Source: Phoronis australis (taxonomy: Eukaryota > Animalia > Phoronida). From it: a stretch of DNA of 64,000 nucleotides. Shown piece after piece: positions 1 through 13,200 of this stretch. How positions within the stretch are numbered: position 1 is the first letter of the stretch; each line of letters starts with the position of its first letter. The stretch covers positions 267,850 through 331,849 of the forward strand of contig NMRA01000312.1 in assembly GCA_002633005.1 (NCBI GenBank), in the 5' to 3' direction. Under the pieces are notes generated by a model. It was given only the letters and a program-made list of their open reading frames with translations. It was not told the DNA's origin and made no database searches. The translations under genes and the position numbers were made by a program.

Positions 1-2800
1 ATTTAGAAAATAATTGGTTTTGTTACATATGAGGAAGATCTGAATATTGTTTGTAAACATTGTGGCATTTTTCGAGTGGCTAGAAAAGCTGTACCCTCTA
101 CTCCCCGCATACCGTACAAGCAAAGAAAACATGAGCATTTGTCTGAGTTACTCCACAAGAACACAGAGGGAACATATTAAAATTAAGTCTAACTTTCTCG
201 TTGTTTAGGAATAGACCGCATCTTGATCTGTAAAGGATTATTTCATGGTTGCGAGGAAGTTGGAATGATGTCAGTGGGACTGCCAAGTCTTGAGTAGTGG
301 TGTTAAGGTAGTGGCAGTTATTTTTTGAGAGAAACGATTGATGTGCTTTCTTTTATTTAGGATTGTAAGGAATTCCAGTTGTCAATGCAATTTGGTATCG
401 TAGATCTGAAGATCTGTCTGAGTGAAGATGGTATAGTGTATAAATTACTTTGCAGCAATCCTGGTCGTGTTTTTTAAGTCTTTTGTTGGAGTCAACGAGG
501 ATTTTGTTTGAATGTATACATGGACAGGTGGAGTTTACGACGGGTTGCTAGTTTGCTCCAGTTGAGACTATTTAGAACCTTGATTGTGTCGAATCCTTTA
601 TATGCTCCTGTTATGGCTGAAGTTCCTTGGTATTGTAGTATTTCTAATTGAAGAAGTATGCCTGTGTTTGCTGAATGGTAGATTATGTCACAGTAATGTA
701 GATGTGGAAGTACAAAAGACTTGAACATAGTTCCAAGATGCATGGAGTTGGGATGAAGAGAGACAATTCTAATTGGATTAATTATTTTTTGTACTTTATG
801 AACGAGTTCGCGACAGTGAGGAGCGAATGTACGCTTATGGTCTAGTAGCAAGCCAAGATGAGTGTTTGTGTGTGTGCTTTTTGGGAATAACTTCCCTATT
901 GAGTGATAGGTCCAGCATTGAATTTGTTTGGAAATTAGTGTTATTAACATTGTTTCAGGTTTAAATTTCATCTTCCATTTGCAAGACCAGTCATAGAGTT
1001 TGTCAGCTTGTAATTGTAAGGAGTCATGGGAATACTATTTTGAGAATGGGTAGAAAATTGCAGTGTCATCAGCATATAACAATGTTTTAGAGTTTATTGA
1101 GTGTGGAAGATCGTTGATGTAAAGTAAAAAGTGTAAGGGGTCAAATACGCTACTTGTGGTATTCAAACATTTACGAAACCTGGTGTTGATGAGGGTGAGA
1201 AGACATCCTCAATTCGGACTTTGTAAGTTCGGCATTCCACTGATATGGTTTTAAAAATAGGAGCAGGATGCCTGAGAAACCACAAGATAGTAATTTATGT
1301 AGAAGCAGATCATGGGGAACGCCATCAAAAGCTGACGCAATGTCTAAAAATACGGATCTCACGCTGTACCCTTGCTCAAACTGGAGGTGGATTTCATGTA
1401 CAATTTCTGTAAGTTGGGACACTGTGCTGTTACCACGCATGAATCCAAATTGGCGACGATAAATGAGGTTTTGTGACCAGAGGTGATCAAACATATGTTG
1501 AGAAATTTTATTTGTTACTAGATCGCTACCGTCGTTTTTGTTTTCGTCAATGTTTTCTAGTAGTTTTCGAATTTCAGATGGTTGGGCTTGTATGTCAGAG
1601 AGGTGTTGTAGTGTTCTGTTTCGGAATTCGGGAAAGTTTGTTGTTGGAGCAGTGTGACTCTTGGCGGTGAAGTACTCCAGAAATAGTTAACTTTTTCAAC
1701 TTTGGCTTCCTTTGAGTGGGTGGCGGGGTATGATGATTGATTTACCTGTCCCAATATTCCTTGGAATTTTTGGAGACATTTTTGATGTTGGAGATAAATT
1801 TCATCTCAGTCTTGTTTTGACTTTAATTAAAATTAGTTCTTCCACACTGTTGCACTGTTCTTGGTAACACTTAAAACGTGCACGGATTATTTGATTTTCT
1901 GAACAATTTGTGCACTTTGTTTTATTCATTTATTTCAGAATCAATTTTGTTGTTAAACCACGGTTTATTTTCATGGTTGATGAGATATTGTCATCAAGTA
2001 TGTTGTAGAATGACTGTGTGAATGTTGAGACTGTGTCTTTAATGTCACTTTTATCTTGTACTTCAGTCCAGTTAAGTGTGGCTATGTCGATGCGCAGTTT
2101 ATCCATGTTAATGAGATTGTTATTACAAATCTTTTGACAATGTCGGGCTTCTTTAGGTGCGCAGTTGTGTGTGAGTGTTGTTTCCATAACGTGGTGGTCT
2201 GAGTTACCAATGGGAGGTCTAACAAAAGTGGATTCAGTTAATCTGAGATTTTTCGTAATATATAAATCAAGGCAAAAATGCTGAATACTGTTGTAAACGC
2301 GTGGGCTCATTTTTTAGTTTTTATGGGTAGAGTAGTATACCAGCTTGGTTACCATTGTCATCTGAGTACCAAGTACTGTTTCTTGCTTTGAAATGCCCTT
2401 TGATAGCAATTGTTTTATTAGTTTGTGAGAGTTCTTGCAATTGTTCTGAAAAAGATCTTGAAATATGCTTTCCTTTGATGGGACGTCTGTGAGGGTGAGC
2501 GACAGAAAAAACCTTAATATATTTTCTTGTGGTTAACATTAAGTTCAATTCAATAGTTATTCATAAGTAAAGGGATTATGAGCCGTTCAAGATCGTAAGA
2601 AGTGAGCGTGTAAGGTGGGTGCGAGGGATTCTTTTGAGCTCAGACATTGGTGGCTACTTTCACGACCGTGGAGGATGAAAACATTTACGACCGAAGCATA
2701 TCCTGGTGAACGCTCAGGTCTCCCAGAACACACCAATTTATGTCAAGTTTTGTTACCGAGGCAACATTTTAGTTGCAATTATCGAGAATAAGGGGGAGAG
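1..2800 (-). mobile_element. Decayed non-LTR retrotransposon (LINE, CR1/L2/Jockey-group-like ORF2: APE endonuclease + reverse transcriptase + C-terminal Cys/His motif)
   Basis: Frameshifted minus-strand fragments lie in the expected order. Endonuclease remnants: IAIKGHFKARN (~GDFNA) at 2321-2548 and GNSDHHV at 1930-2310. RT: QFGFMRGNSTVSQL...VFLDIASAFDGVPHDLLLHKL at 1171-1494, LYADDTA at ~1060-1080, and HLGLLLDHKRTF...FKSFVLPHLHYCDIIY at 492-971. C-terminal CSCG..TNAHVFFAC at 98-286. Boundaries are approximate. Confidence 0.9.
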
Positions 2801-3039
2801 GTAACGTTATTACTAAGAACCGTTATATTTTGTCTTCAAACATTAAAGAACAGGTTTTGCCTGACTGCTTACCCGAATCTTGTTTAGTTTTCTTCTCGCT
2901 TGTGTTTGGTTGATCGACTGTTGTTATTCCCGGCAAAGTTGAGAAATACACACCCTTAAATTATAAAGAACTTGACTGAGTTCAACTTTAATACAGTTAA
3001 GATAGACGGAAATAGAAAAGCAGCACAAACTGAAAGTCC

Positions 3040-3620
3040 ATACATACATGCATGCATACATACATACATACATACATACAGTCATACATACATACATACA
3101 TACATACATACATACAGTCACACATACATACATACATACAGTCATACATACATACATACATACATATAGTCATACATACATACATACGTACGTAAGTACA
3201 TATATGCATGCATACATACATACATACATACGTACGTACGTAAGTACATTTTTGCATACGTACTTACGTAAGTACATACATACATACATACAAACATACA
3301 GTCATACATACATACATACAGTCATACATACATACATACATACGTACGTATGTAAGTACATATATGCATACATGTACATACTTACGTAAGTACATACATA
3401 CATACATACGTACGTACGTAAGCACATGTGCATACGTACACGCATACATACATACGTAAGTACATACATACATACATACATACATACACATTCACATACA
3501 CAGACATACATCCACACACATATACACACGTATGAACATCTCGTATACACATATACACAAATACACACACGCATACAGTCATAAATACATACATACATAC
3601 ATACATACATACATACACAC
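3040..3620. repeat. Compound (TACA)n / (CATA)n microsatellite with CAGT and CGTA interruptions
   Basis: About 580 bp of directly visible tetranucleotide repeat. It explains the MYVC/HTYI pseudo-ORFs. Confidence 0.97.
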
Positions 3621-4160
3621 TGATAAGTTAACAAGCTCTCATTACATTGTGAATTGAATGGTATGTAATCGGATTGCGGTCGAAAAAACATATTTTGGGT
3701 ATTACTGTTGTATGGGACAAACTTCATCTTAAAGTTACTAGATTTATATGGGTTATAAAACAGAATCCGTTGTGTTTTTGTGTTTGTATAACAAATTGTC
3801 ATTTCTCCATGGATTTGCTGAAATCAAGGCCGGTGACTAAATGAATTTAAAATGAGCCAAAAATTTTCTGCCATTTGTCGACTGGGCTTTAGCTTCACCA
3901 GCAAAAAGCGGTGAACTGCGGCCACGGGTTAAATAGTTCTGCTCCACGTCAGGGCTGATCTCAGACAACCAGTTTCTGGCCAATAGCGTCACTTAAAAAG
4001 AGTTTCTAGAAAATAGGCACATCGGAACTTAGAAGAAGTCAATGCAGTTTTCAGCAAGAAAAATGGAAAATAAAAACAAGTAAAATATAGTTAAGTGAAA
4101 ACATGTTACCAAACATTCGGTGATTTCAGTCAGCATGAATAAGACGTAAAGCTTTCTTAC

Positions 4161-4269
4161 TTTGTCCGTTTTATTCACGTCTGGTAGAACGACGTCATCG
4201 TCTGAAATTTCGTTGTTATTGGCGTCACTAGACAATTTCTCGGGATCACCTTGTGTTAATGAAGGAAAT
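4161..4269 (-). CDS. CNBD2-like exon (RFPSLTQGDPEKLSS...VNKTDK)
   Basis: ttttcag acceptor, GTAAGA donor, phase 2 to 0, matches the preceding exon. Confidence 0.65.
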
Positions 4270-7200
4270 CTGAAAATGTACACGTTGTTAATTATGTTTT
4301 GATATTGTTTAATGTTGTTTTACAATTGCTCAATATTTGTTAAAACGATGAAAACACAGTACCACTGTCATGGGCGGCGTACTATAGGGGGGCTGGGGTT
4401 GCTATAGCCCCCCACTTTTTTCAGTGCTGCGCCGTCTATGATCTATGGGCGGGGAACCACAGGGGGTATGGGGGTGCTATAGCCCCCACTTTTTTCAGTG
4501 CCGCGCCGCCCATGAATGTGCCTCGTAATTTAGACTGCTGAGCATCTTATTCACTTTCATTACCTTCTCTGGAATTGTGATAAAAAATCGGACTGAGTCT
4601 CATTATGCCAAGATAAAAGGCTTTCGTTTCTATGTTAACCAACACATGAACTGTAAAGTATCTGAAACCCATTAGAGGCCTACCTCGAGTATTTCGGTAC
4701 AATTCTCTTTCGATGTAGGTCCAGTATGCTGTCATAGTCTATCACGCCAAGACGTTCTGAGATATCTGTGACCCCCGGTAAGGTTTTTTGCTAAAATAAT
4801 GACAATAATACTGTGCGACGTAGATGGAGACATACGGGGAATTTTCGTATTTGCACATTGAAAGATTTTGGGAAAACTTCTTAAGACTGACACGCACAAC
4901 GAAAAAGTGCGCCCAGGACGTGATTTCGGATGTCGGTAGGCGTCTACGAAGAAACTAAAATGACCAACTCTAGAATAACTACTTGAACGAGAATGTTGTT
5001 TTTTTCTGGGGTGAGCTTTGAGCACATTTTAAAAAAAGAGCACCGCAGAATTTGTTTGTAATTTTAACAGTATTTAGACATGTTACACGCCCTTGAGTAA
5101 TTAAATCTCGTGCTCTGAGAGTTCACCTTGTAAGCTATGTACTAATTCTCATGGGTCATATGTAACATATTATAATTGTATTAAATTGTGGTAATGTAAC
5201 TAACTTGGGTGTATGAGAGGGGCATATTGTAAATTAGCCCATGACCAACGCATATCTTCTATAAATAAGGTCCATCAATGTTATTCCAAAGATGCGCGAG
5301 CCATGCACAAATTGCAAGGCAGGAGAGAGAAACATACTATAATTTTAAATCAATAAAGACAACAGAATACATTATTGTTTGATGAAAAATAAATTAAATA
5401 TCAATTACAATGATAAAAGATAACGTATAAAAGTATGTGCTTGTAAACAAATGTTATAAAATTTTGCTAACTTGTGACGTTTTGTCAACGCATCATGACG
5501 TCACAAATAATAAGTATGTAGTCGGTCGCTAATCAACGACCGCAAAGCGTCAAACATACACTTGTATACAAAATGATCAAATGTAAGTCCCTGAAGAAGA
5601 CGAAATCCTTATCAACAAGTGAGGTGCAGACGGACATCTTGAGAGAAGACAAAAGCGACTGCAATTATACTGGAGACATCTCGCGTTTGAAACAAGAAGT
5701 GTATTCCTTGGTCAACATGTACGGGGATTTAGTAACATCCGTAAAGGAGCGAGAACCGCAGATTGAAAAGTTAAACGAGATGATGCGTAAAAGAGATGAG
5801 GAGAGAAAAGAATTTGCTGCCCTTTGGAAAACCGCCAGCAGCGCTATTGCCAAATATGAAGCTATTTTGGAGAAAATGGATGACCAAGTCAAAGAGCTCA
5901 CAGGTCAACGCAGGGCTCTTGAGTACGAATGTATAGAAATGAAGGAAATCGTTGACCATTATAAAACAGAAAATGAAGATCTTATCGAAAAGGTTGAGGC
6001 GAGATCGAAATGCACTGGTGGTGGCGGAGAATCTTTAAAACCAGAAATAGCCCGACTAAAGAAAGAAATAACGGAGGTGAGGCGATGTAACGATAGGGTT
6101 CTCGCTCAAAATGTGATTCTGCTTGAGAGTGTGCATGCAAAAGAGTCTCTCGTGAACGCCTTTGAGAGGAAACATGAGCTTTTGAAGAACTATGTGAAAC
6201 AACTGGAAAATGACGTTCTAGTAGCATTGGATCATGAGAGAGAAGTTATAGAAAGCAACGGAATGCTTCAGCTGCAGCTGCGAAAAGCAGAGTATGTACT
6301 AGCGGAGTATATGACCCCTACCGAACAAGCGCAACAAAATCTGAAGACTCGAGGCATGATGGGAATATGCTCCAAAATGGCTGATCAACTAAGCGCCTTT
6401 CAAGTTCAAAATATGGAATATCGACAGGAAAATATGCGCTTGCATTCCGTACTTGCCGAGTGCCACTGCACAATTACTTCCCAGTCGAAGGCACTGAGAG
6501 ATATTCAGCTGCTCGTGGAAGATTATGCAAAGCACAACGACAACCTTCCCATCAGTAGCGAAGATGATCCTCTTGCTCAGAAACATGACAAAGCGTGCGA
6601 AAGCGCATCTGTAGATTTTCTAGCAAGAGGCGAGACTGGAGAATTGGGTATATCTCAGGAACTTCCTGCCCGTGTTATTGAAAGTGGTGGAGAAGCACGT
6701 GCAAAGATGCACGAGGTGTCGTCTGCAACCAATGTGCACGAGAACAAACAACTCCATCGACATTCCGTGCGGGACCACCACAGTGACTCGTCTCTAATAT
6801 TTCACGCTCTGAGAGAGATCCAAAAATCATGTGTACAAATCCAAACGCAATTTCGGCAACGAAGTGAGACCAACCTCTTAAAAGACATCTGAGCGCCACT
6901 TGCGTATTTTGTCCAAACATTGAACAATTCAGAGTGCTTATATTTTTTTCTAATTTACTTGTATTTTCGTATTTATACCCGCAATAATATTTACATTATT
7001 ACCAAATTTCACTCGAAGTTATTTCACTGAAACATTTTCATCAAAATCCAAATGTACATACCAGTGCTTTAACCATGTCCATAGTTGATCTATACACAAC
7101 CTTCTGCATGGATTTGTCCACTTTTTTCACCTTTTCTGGCCACGATCCGCTGCGTTTACGGAATTTTTTGCCGCTTTGGCTGTTTGAGCCGTCCGAACTC

Positions 7201-10200
7201 TCCCTGTCGGCAACGCTACTTCGTAAACTTTTACCTGCTATACACGTACAGTAATCGATCGTTTCGTATTTTGTTATCAAGAGGCTGTTGTAAATACAAT
7301 AAATTTTAGGACTTGTATTGCTAAATCATCACTTTGAACTTGCAGGGTCATTTTCCTCGTCCATATGATTGAGACGTGAACATTGTGGGCAAATTTAACT
7401 CTCGTCACCTGGCTTCAAATGTTTCCTTGCCTGGTTTGCGTCCATCACAGGTACATTAGTGAGAGACCACGGTACTCTGATGTTAAACAGTTCAATTTAC
7501 AATTGCTTTGCTCAACTTTTGGAATCTGATCATGGCTTTCTGTCGTCTCTCTTCTACTTATCGATGCCATTCAATCAACGTTTTGGGGTAGAAAAGAGAT
7601 GAAACAGTATGAAACGGTTTGGGGCATGTTTTGATTGCTTGGGTTATCCTAGATTGTAATGTTTAACCCGTTCCAAGTGTTGAGTAAGAAGAAAATGTCC
7701 CTTTGAAAGCAAACAAAAGTTCAGTAACAAGTTAAAACTTCAGACTGAAGCGATACCTGCATCATTTGGCTTCTCGACTTTCTTCAATTTCTTAAATACC
7801 GATATACTTCCCTAAAACAAATAAACGGATATGACATGTAGGACTCGTCTTTAATTATTGAACGAACAGTTTAACTTTATTTTCACAAAAATACTCATTA
7901 GCCCAGTCGCTAGTTTCACAAAAAGTGACTCCACACTAAAGCCACTTCACCGGTAGTTTTTGGAATTGGTAAAAGGTCACGCTTAAGCAGTACGTGAAAC
8001 TAGGTGTCTCATTAATTAGCAGTTATGAGTCATTAATGCAAGTACTGTTGAACAAACTCTTGCTTCTGCTGATTATAGCTTCCCCACAGTCCTTTCACGT
8101 GTTCGGAGATCTAAGGTAGTACATGTATACCTTCACTGTCCAAATCGCAAAATAAAGCATGCGCGCACCTAGGGGGAATGGGGGACGTTCGGGGGTGAGC
8201 TCGAACGAGTTTCCCCCCCCCCCCATTTGGCGAAGTGGGCAAAATGATCCGCCTCAGAGAAACAAAAATCCGAAGAAACGAGACAAAAGTCCACTAAAAA
8301 GGCGCGAACGCACAATTTTGTTAGTAGAGGTCTACAAGGTCAGAAATTCGAGCCCCCCCTTATATTTTAGGCTGGGTGCGCTCATGCAAAGATTCCATAA
8401 AAGGATAAAAATTCATGTACTAGACAGATGAATGTACTTTGTTTTTGTCGTTGAACTGCCAGATGTCACGAAACGAGCACACGTACAAGCGCACTGGTTT
8501 TTCGTACACATCGCGTTGGAAAAGAATTGATAGAAATTACAATTGGCTGCAGATGATTCACCTCGCTGCACCGGGTCAACCAGCTAAGACCTCTGTTTGG
8601 TTCTCGATGACAACTTACGGTTTACAGACGAATTATGTCTTAGCAAGTAGACATTGAGGAACCGACGAAGTGAATCAAGAGTTGTCAACAAATATTTACT
8701 TTTAAACCTAATTCACGCCGACAGCAGGCGCGTTCCAAAACGAGGCTCGCTACGATATCTCTGTTGACTTATCAGCATACTGGTTGTATTCCTCGTTGCT
8801 CTCTAACGGCTAGAAAAAATACGGACACTCAACTGTCTGTTTCAAAATCCCAGAGGACGTTGAGAATCGGAAGCGTTGAGTCGCTGTCATACGCGCGACG
8901 AAGGAAAATATGTCCGTGTACGGCAAAATTTATAAATGTTTTCGGAAAGTTAGATAATATTTTGTCGCATCTCGGTTGCCGAGCGTCATAGCAACGACCG
9001 GAGAATCTTCGGGTCAGCCAGGCTGTGTTTTCATGACTACGGGTTAAAAGATGATGCATGTTTCTTTCCAAAAAAGACAGGGCCCGCAATCCCTCGATTT
9101 TGGGGCTGAATATCAGCCCTATTTCCCTCTCAAAAATATCGAAAAATCCCCCGAAATTCCCCCCACAAGGCCCTAAAAATTCCCCTAGTGATTGAAAAGT
9201 TCTCTCCGAAGTTTTGTATCCACACAGGTGACAATTTGAAAGAACACAGGGCGGGTGTGCTATTGATGATGATCGGGAGGTAGATTTTTCCCTCACTCGG
9301 CGAAAAAATGCCCCTCTCACGAAGGCACACAAGCACCTTTCCTCCAGATGAGCGAAGCCGCCCTGAAGAAACGTTTGCTGTGTCTGTGCAGTTGACTGAA
9401 TTTGAGCTCAAAAGCAAGATAATGCTTTGGACGAACGAGTTAGGTGTTTTAATTTTAAAATTCAACTTAGTCCAGATTGATATTTGAAACCTAACAAATG
9501 AAATGCGTATATAAGAATTATTAAAACCAAGAAAACAGAATTGATGGTCAAATAATTACTTGTGAATGTGTGCAAGGGAGTGAATGAGAACCTGGATATA
9601 ATGCACAAGCGATTTCTGGGGCTGTGCTCATTTTTTATATTTTTTCGAAATTTAAAAAATGGTCAAATAATAAAAATGTATTTAATAATATCTGTTATTC
9701 TTTCAGATCAATGACAAATCACTTGTCAGACCAGGTAGTCCCCAGCTCACCAGGACATAGGCTATATGCTTTATGCTAATACTTTTGATCAACAAATTAA
9801 ACCAGATGTGAATGCGATGAGCCACCATTGTCAAATATATCTTCAACTCGTCAACAATACAAGCAGATGACCTGGGCCCGGTCTCCAATCTTTTTACTCG
9901 AAATGGAACTCGAAATTAGGTTTGGCATTTTCTACTCTACTTTTGGGCGAACTCAAGATAAGTGTCTATTATTCTATGCTCGAGTACACAATAACTTACG
10001 TAGATAATTTATTGCCCTTAGTTCACAGTTTGTAAACCCAATATTAAAGCAATCAGTTCGAGTTTGAACTCGAAATTTCGAGTTTTTACTCGAGTTTGTA
10101 GCAAAAATATAAGGGTCTTCAAGGGCAAACTTGAACTAGAAACTCCTATGCATAAACTAAAATGTATTCGAGCACAGTCTGATAACCAATTATCTTAAGT

Positions 10201-13200
10201 TCGCAAAAAAGGAGCAGAGAAATTGACAAAAATAGTTTCGAGTTCGTTTCGAGTACAAAGATTAGAGACCGGGCCCTGGTTTATGTAGAAGCATTTTTAT
10301 CAACAATTTACAAGAAGAAACGTAACCCTGCATTTAGCATAATACCTAATCCGTAATACTACCGTGACGATCGCCGCAGTTTGGTCATATTTACTTTTCA
10401 TGTTTCGAACCTAGTTTCCGAAAAAAAACTTATACCCTTTCGTCAGACAACTCTTTGGTGCATTGACTTGTTCTCTAATGTATTTTTCTACGTCTCTGTG
10501 GTTAATTATCGACAGATTTTTAAGATTTAATATCCAGGTTGGACTCGAAAGACCGGCCATTTAACTCACGCAATGTAAATTTCCGCTTTGTTTATCGCAG
10601 TGAGCCTCGCTTTGGATTTTAATGTCCGCCGCCTGAGTTAGGTCTATAGCTTTCATCTTGATCGACGTGTATATTTTGTGATAACATGAGCGGTAACTGA
10701 GCATCGCCAATTGAAACTTTTAACAGATATTTAAAGCTGCAGTTCGCCTTGTTTAGCTGGCTAACTTGAAAAGGAAACCAAATTAGGCCTCTTAATGGGT
10801 TTGGGCTTTTTACGCGTTTTCTGTTTGTTTAAAATCGGTATCATGTTCCTTGACATGAGAAGATTCGACTCAAGTCACAGGGAATGCGTACATACGCCAT
10901 TTCCAAATTCGCAATTTTGGGTTGCATGCGCGCACCAGGGGTGCTCGAAAACTCGAACGAGCCCCGCTCATTTGGCGGAGTGGGCAAAAAGATCCGCCTC
11001 AGAGAAACAAAAACTCCGAAAAAGTAGAAATCGAGACAAAAGTCCACTAAAAAGACAGGAACTACCAAAATTCGGCAAATTCACAATTCATAGTACTGAA
11101 CATAAAACGTCCACATTCTCAAAAATTCGAGCTCCCTCATCTTTTAGGCTTGGTGCGCGCATGGTTTGGTCAACCCTTATAAACTCAGAAGCGTTTTCTT
11201 GAGTCGCTGATAGTTTCAATGTTCTTGTTGGTAACGGAAATAGAAGCCTATCAAGGCAAGAAATAATATGAGACCGATTCTATGAGGGTAAAAGGTCAAT
11301 TTCTGTTTTTGGCCAGCTAAACAGGGCGAAATACAGTTTAAGATAGAAACCTAATAGTTTGAGCATGCAAATCAACTAACCGTTTTAACAATGTAAATCC
11401 AATCTGAGAGGTTGCTATCTCTTACTAACACTCGTCCCCGACTGAAAGGCAAGAAACATTTCCTAATTAAGTTTCAGGAAAATGAGAAACGCGATCCGTA
11501 TATGTAGCCTCTGCATGCTGCAAGAAACGTATGGTTAATATGAGGGTTCCAGATTACAAAGCGACACAATGCTGCAACATCCGTCAAGCAGTTGTCTGGT
11601 CTCATTTTCGCGCCATTGGAGTTTATTTGTTGGAGCCTTACATTTTTAAATTCTTTTCTCGACAGCAATAACTGTATTCGACCTCCTAATGCCAACGAAG
11701 TTTCACTGCTGTGCTGGGGCTGCAATTCCTACGTCTTAAAGTTTGATACACTTGACAAATAATCGTGGACGCGAAATTTTCTGACACCCCGATGTTTGTA
11801 AAACAAAGCCAATGTAACAACGCGATGGACAAAGGATATTTCTGTCCGGAACTGCCTCATTGCTTGGGCACTGAACAAGTGCGCCAACAGTGTCCCGCTT
11901 ACACTGGTCAATCTTCCAACAAATTCATATTTGCAGACACGACCTAACTCTGAGTTTGCTGATGTTTTGATGAGCTTGACAACCAGTTTACACTAGCAAA
12001 CGCCGTCAAAGTTTTGTCGGCAAACTCTGTCAAGCTTTCTGCCCGTCTACACTAGAAAAAGGTTTGCCAAATTTATCTGCACCAAGTTTCAAAAATAGTG
12101 ATTCTACGAGGAATAACAACTTTGAATCCTTGTCTAAATATGCACGCAGAGAGACAAAACTCGATCATTACTGCAAGATACTGTTGGATGTACTCGAATA
12201 TACTTACTTAAAATAACTGAACATAAGTGACTTTGGGTCCTGATAAAGCTTGTGGTGAGGAAATTTCTTCAGAAACGACAAACTCTCAAAAAACTTTGTG
12301 TGATCTGATGCATTCCGAATTCCACCCGACATGAAAATGTCCTCATAATCCTACAACGAAAAGGTACCAGATTTTATGAGATCAGTTAATCGTTGGCGAG
12401 AATAAAATTTTATTCTTTGCACTACTATTAATGGCTCCATACGTTAATTAATGGAAAGGACATTGTCAGTTCCACCCGTTCGTTAATGGAAAATGACAGT
12501 ATCAGCTCCACCCGTTCATTGATGGAAAAGGGCCACTTGTCATAGCCAATGCTCCAGAAAAAGTAAGCAGCATTTACATGTGTGCGGCTGTTAATGTCCA
12601 AACTGTAAGACTCCCACTACAGGCTTACGTAGCAAATGTGTATCAGCAAGCTATTATACAGGTACACGTATATGTTGATAAAATAATCTGAAATAAACCT
12701 GGTAGTAAATAGGGGTCCGTTTTAACAGAGGTCGCTAAGACGATCGCTAGCACGTTATTGCAAAGGTGGCGCTGCTTAAAACGTTGTAAGTGACAAGACA
12801 GTTGATAATTTTTATACTTTTGCTTTGCGACCGCCTTAGTTAGCTAATTACGAATTGACGATCTTGGATAAAACGGCTTTTAGGGCCGTAGAAAGCGCGG
12901 GCACGTGCTCCCATTAATTTGCAGCGAAGATGTTTCTGTGCTCGTATTTTTATTACGATGACATTTTCACCAACTTCCATCTCAAGTTCCGTGCCCCGAG
13001 AAAACAAAACTCTAAGTTTACAAATACCGGCAAGTGACCCGTTCTGATAATGCGCTTCGCTTGTAATGCATAGCTATATCTCGTGAAGAACTGTGTCATC
13101 TTTTTTCTCGTAAAAACATGTTTTACGAAACTCAGCTTGGGTTAAGTGTTTAGATAGATTCCAGTAGGGTTCATTGCTACCACAAGAACATCGGAACTTG

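Noticed and set aside
2924-3802. Many ORFs of MYVC/HTYI repeats
   Set aside because: They are translations of the (TACA)n microsatellite.
3820-4005. Possible next CNBD2-like exon
   Set aside because: The phase-0 acceptor at ~4005 hits a stop after 14 codons, and the open frame needs a different phase. It could not be placed confidently.
11765-11947. Cys-containing plus-strand ORF resembling an ShK domain
   Set aside because: Only four cysteines rather than six, a GTG start and no convincing splice sites.
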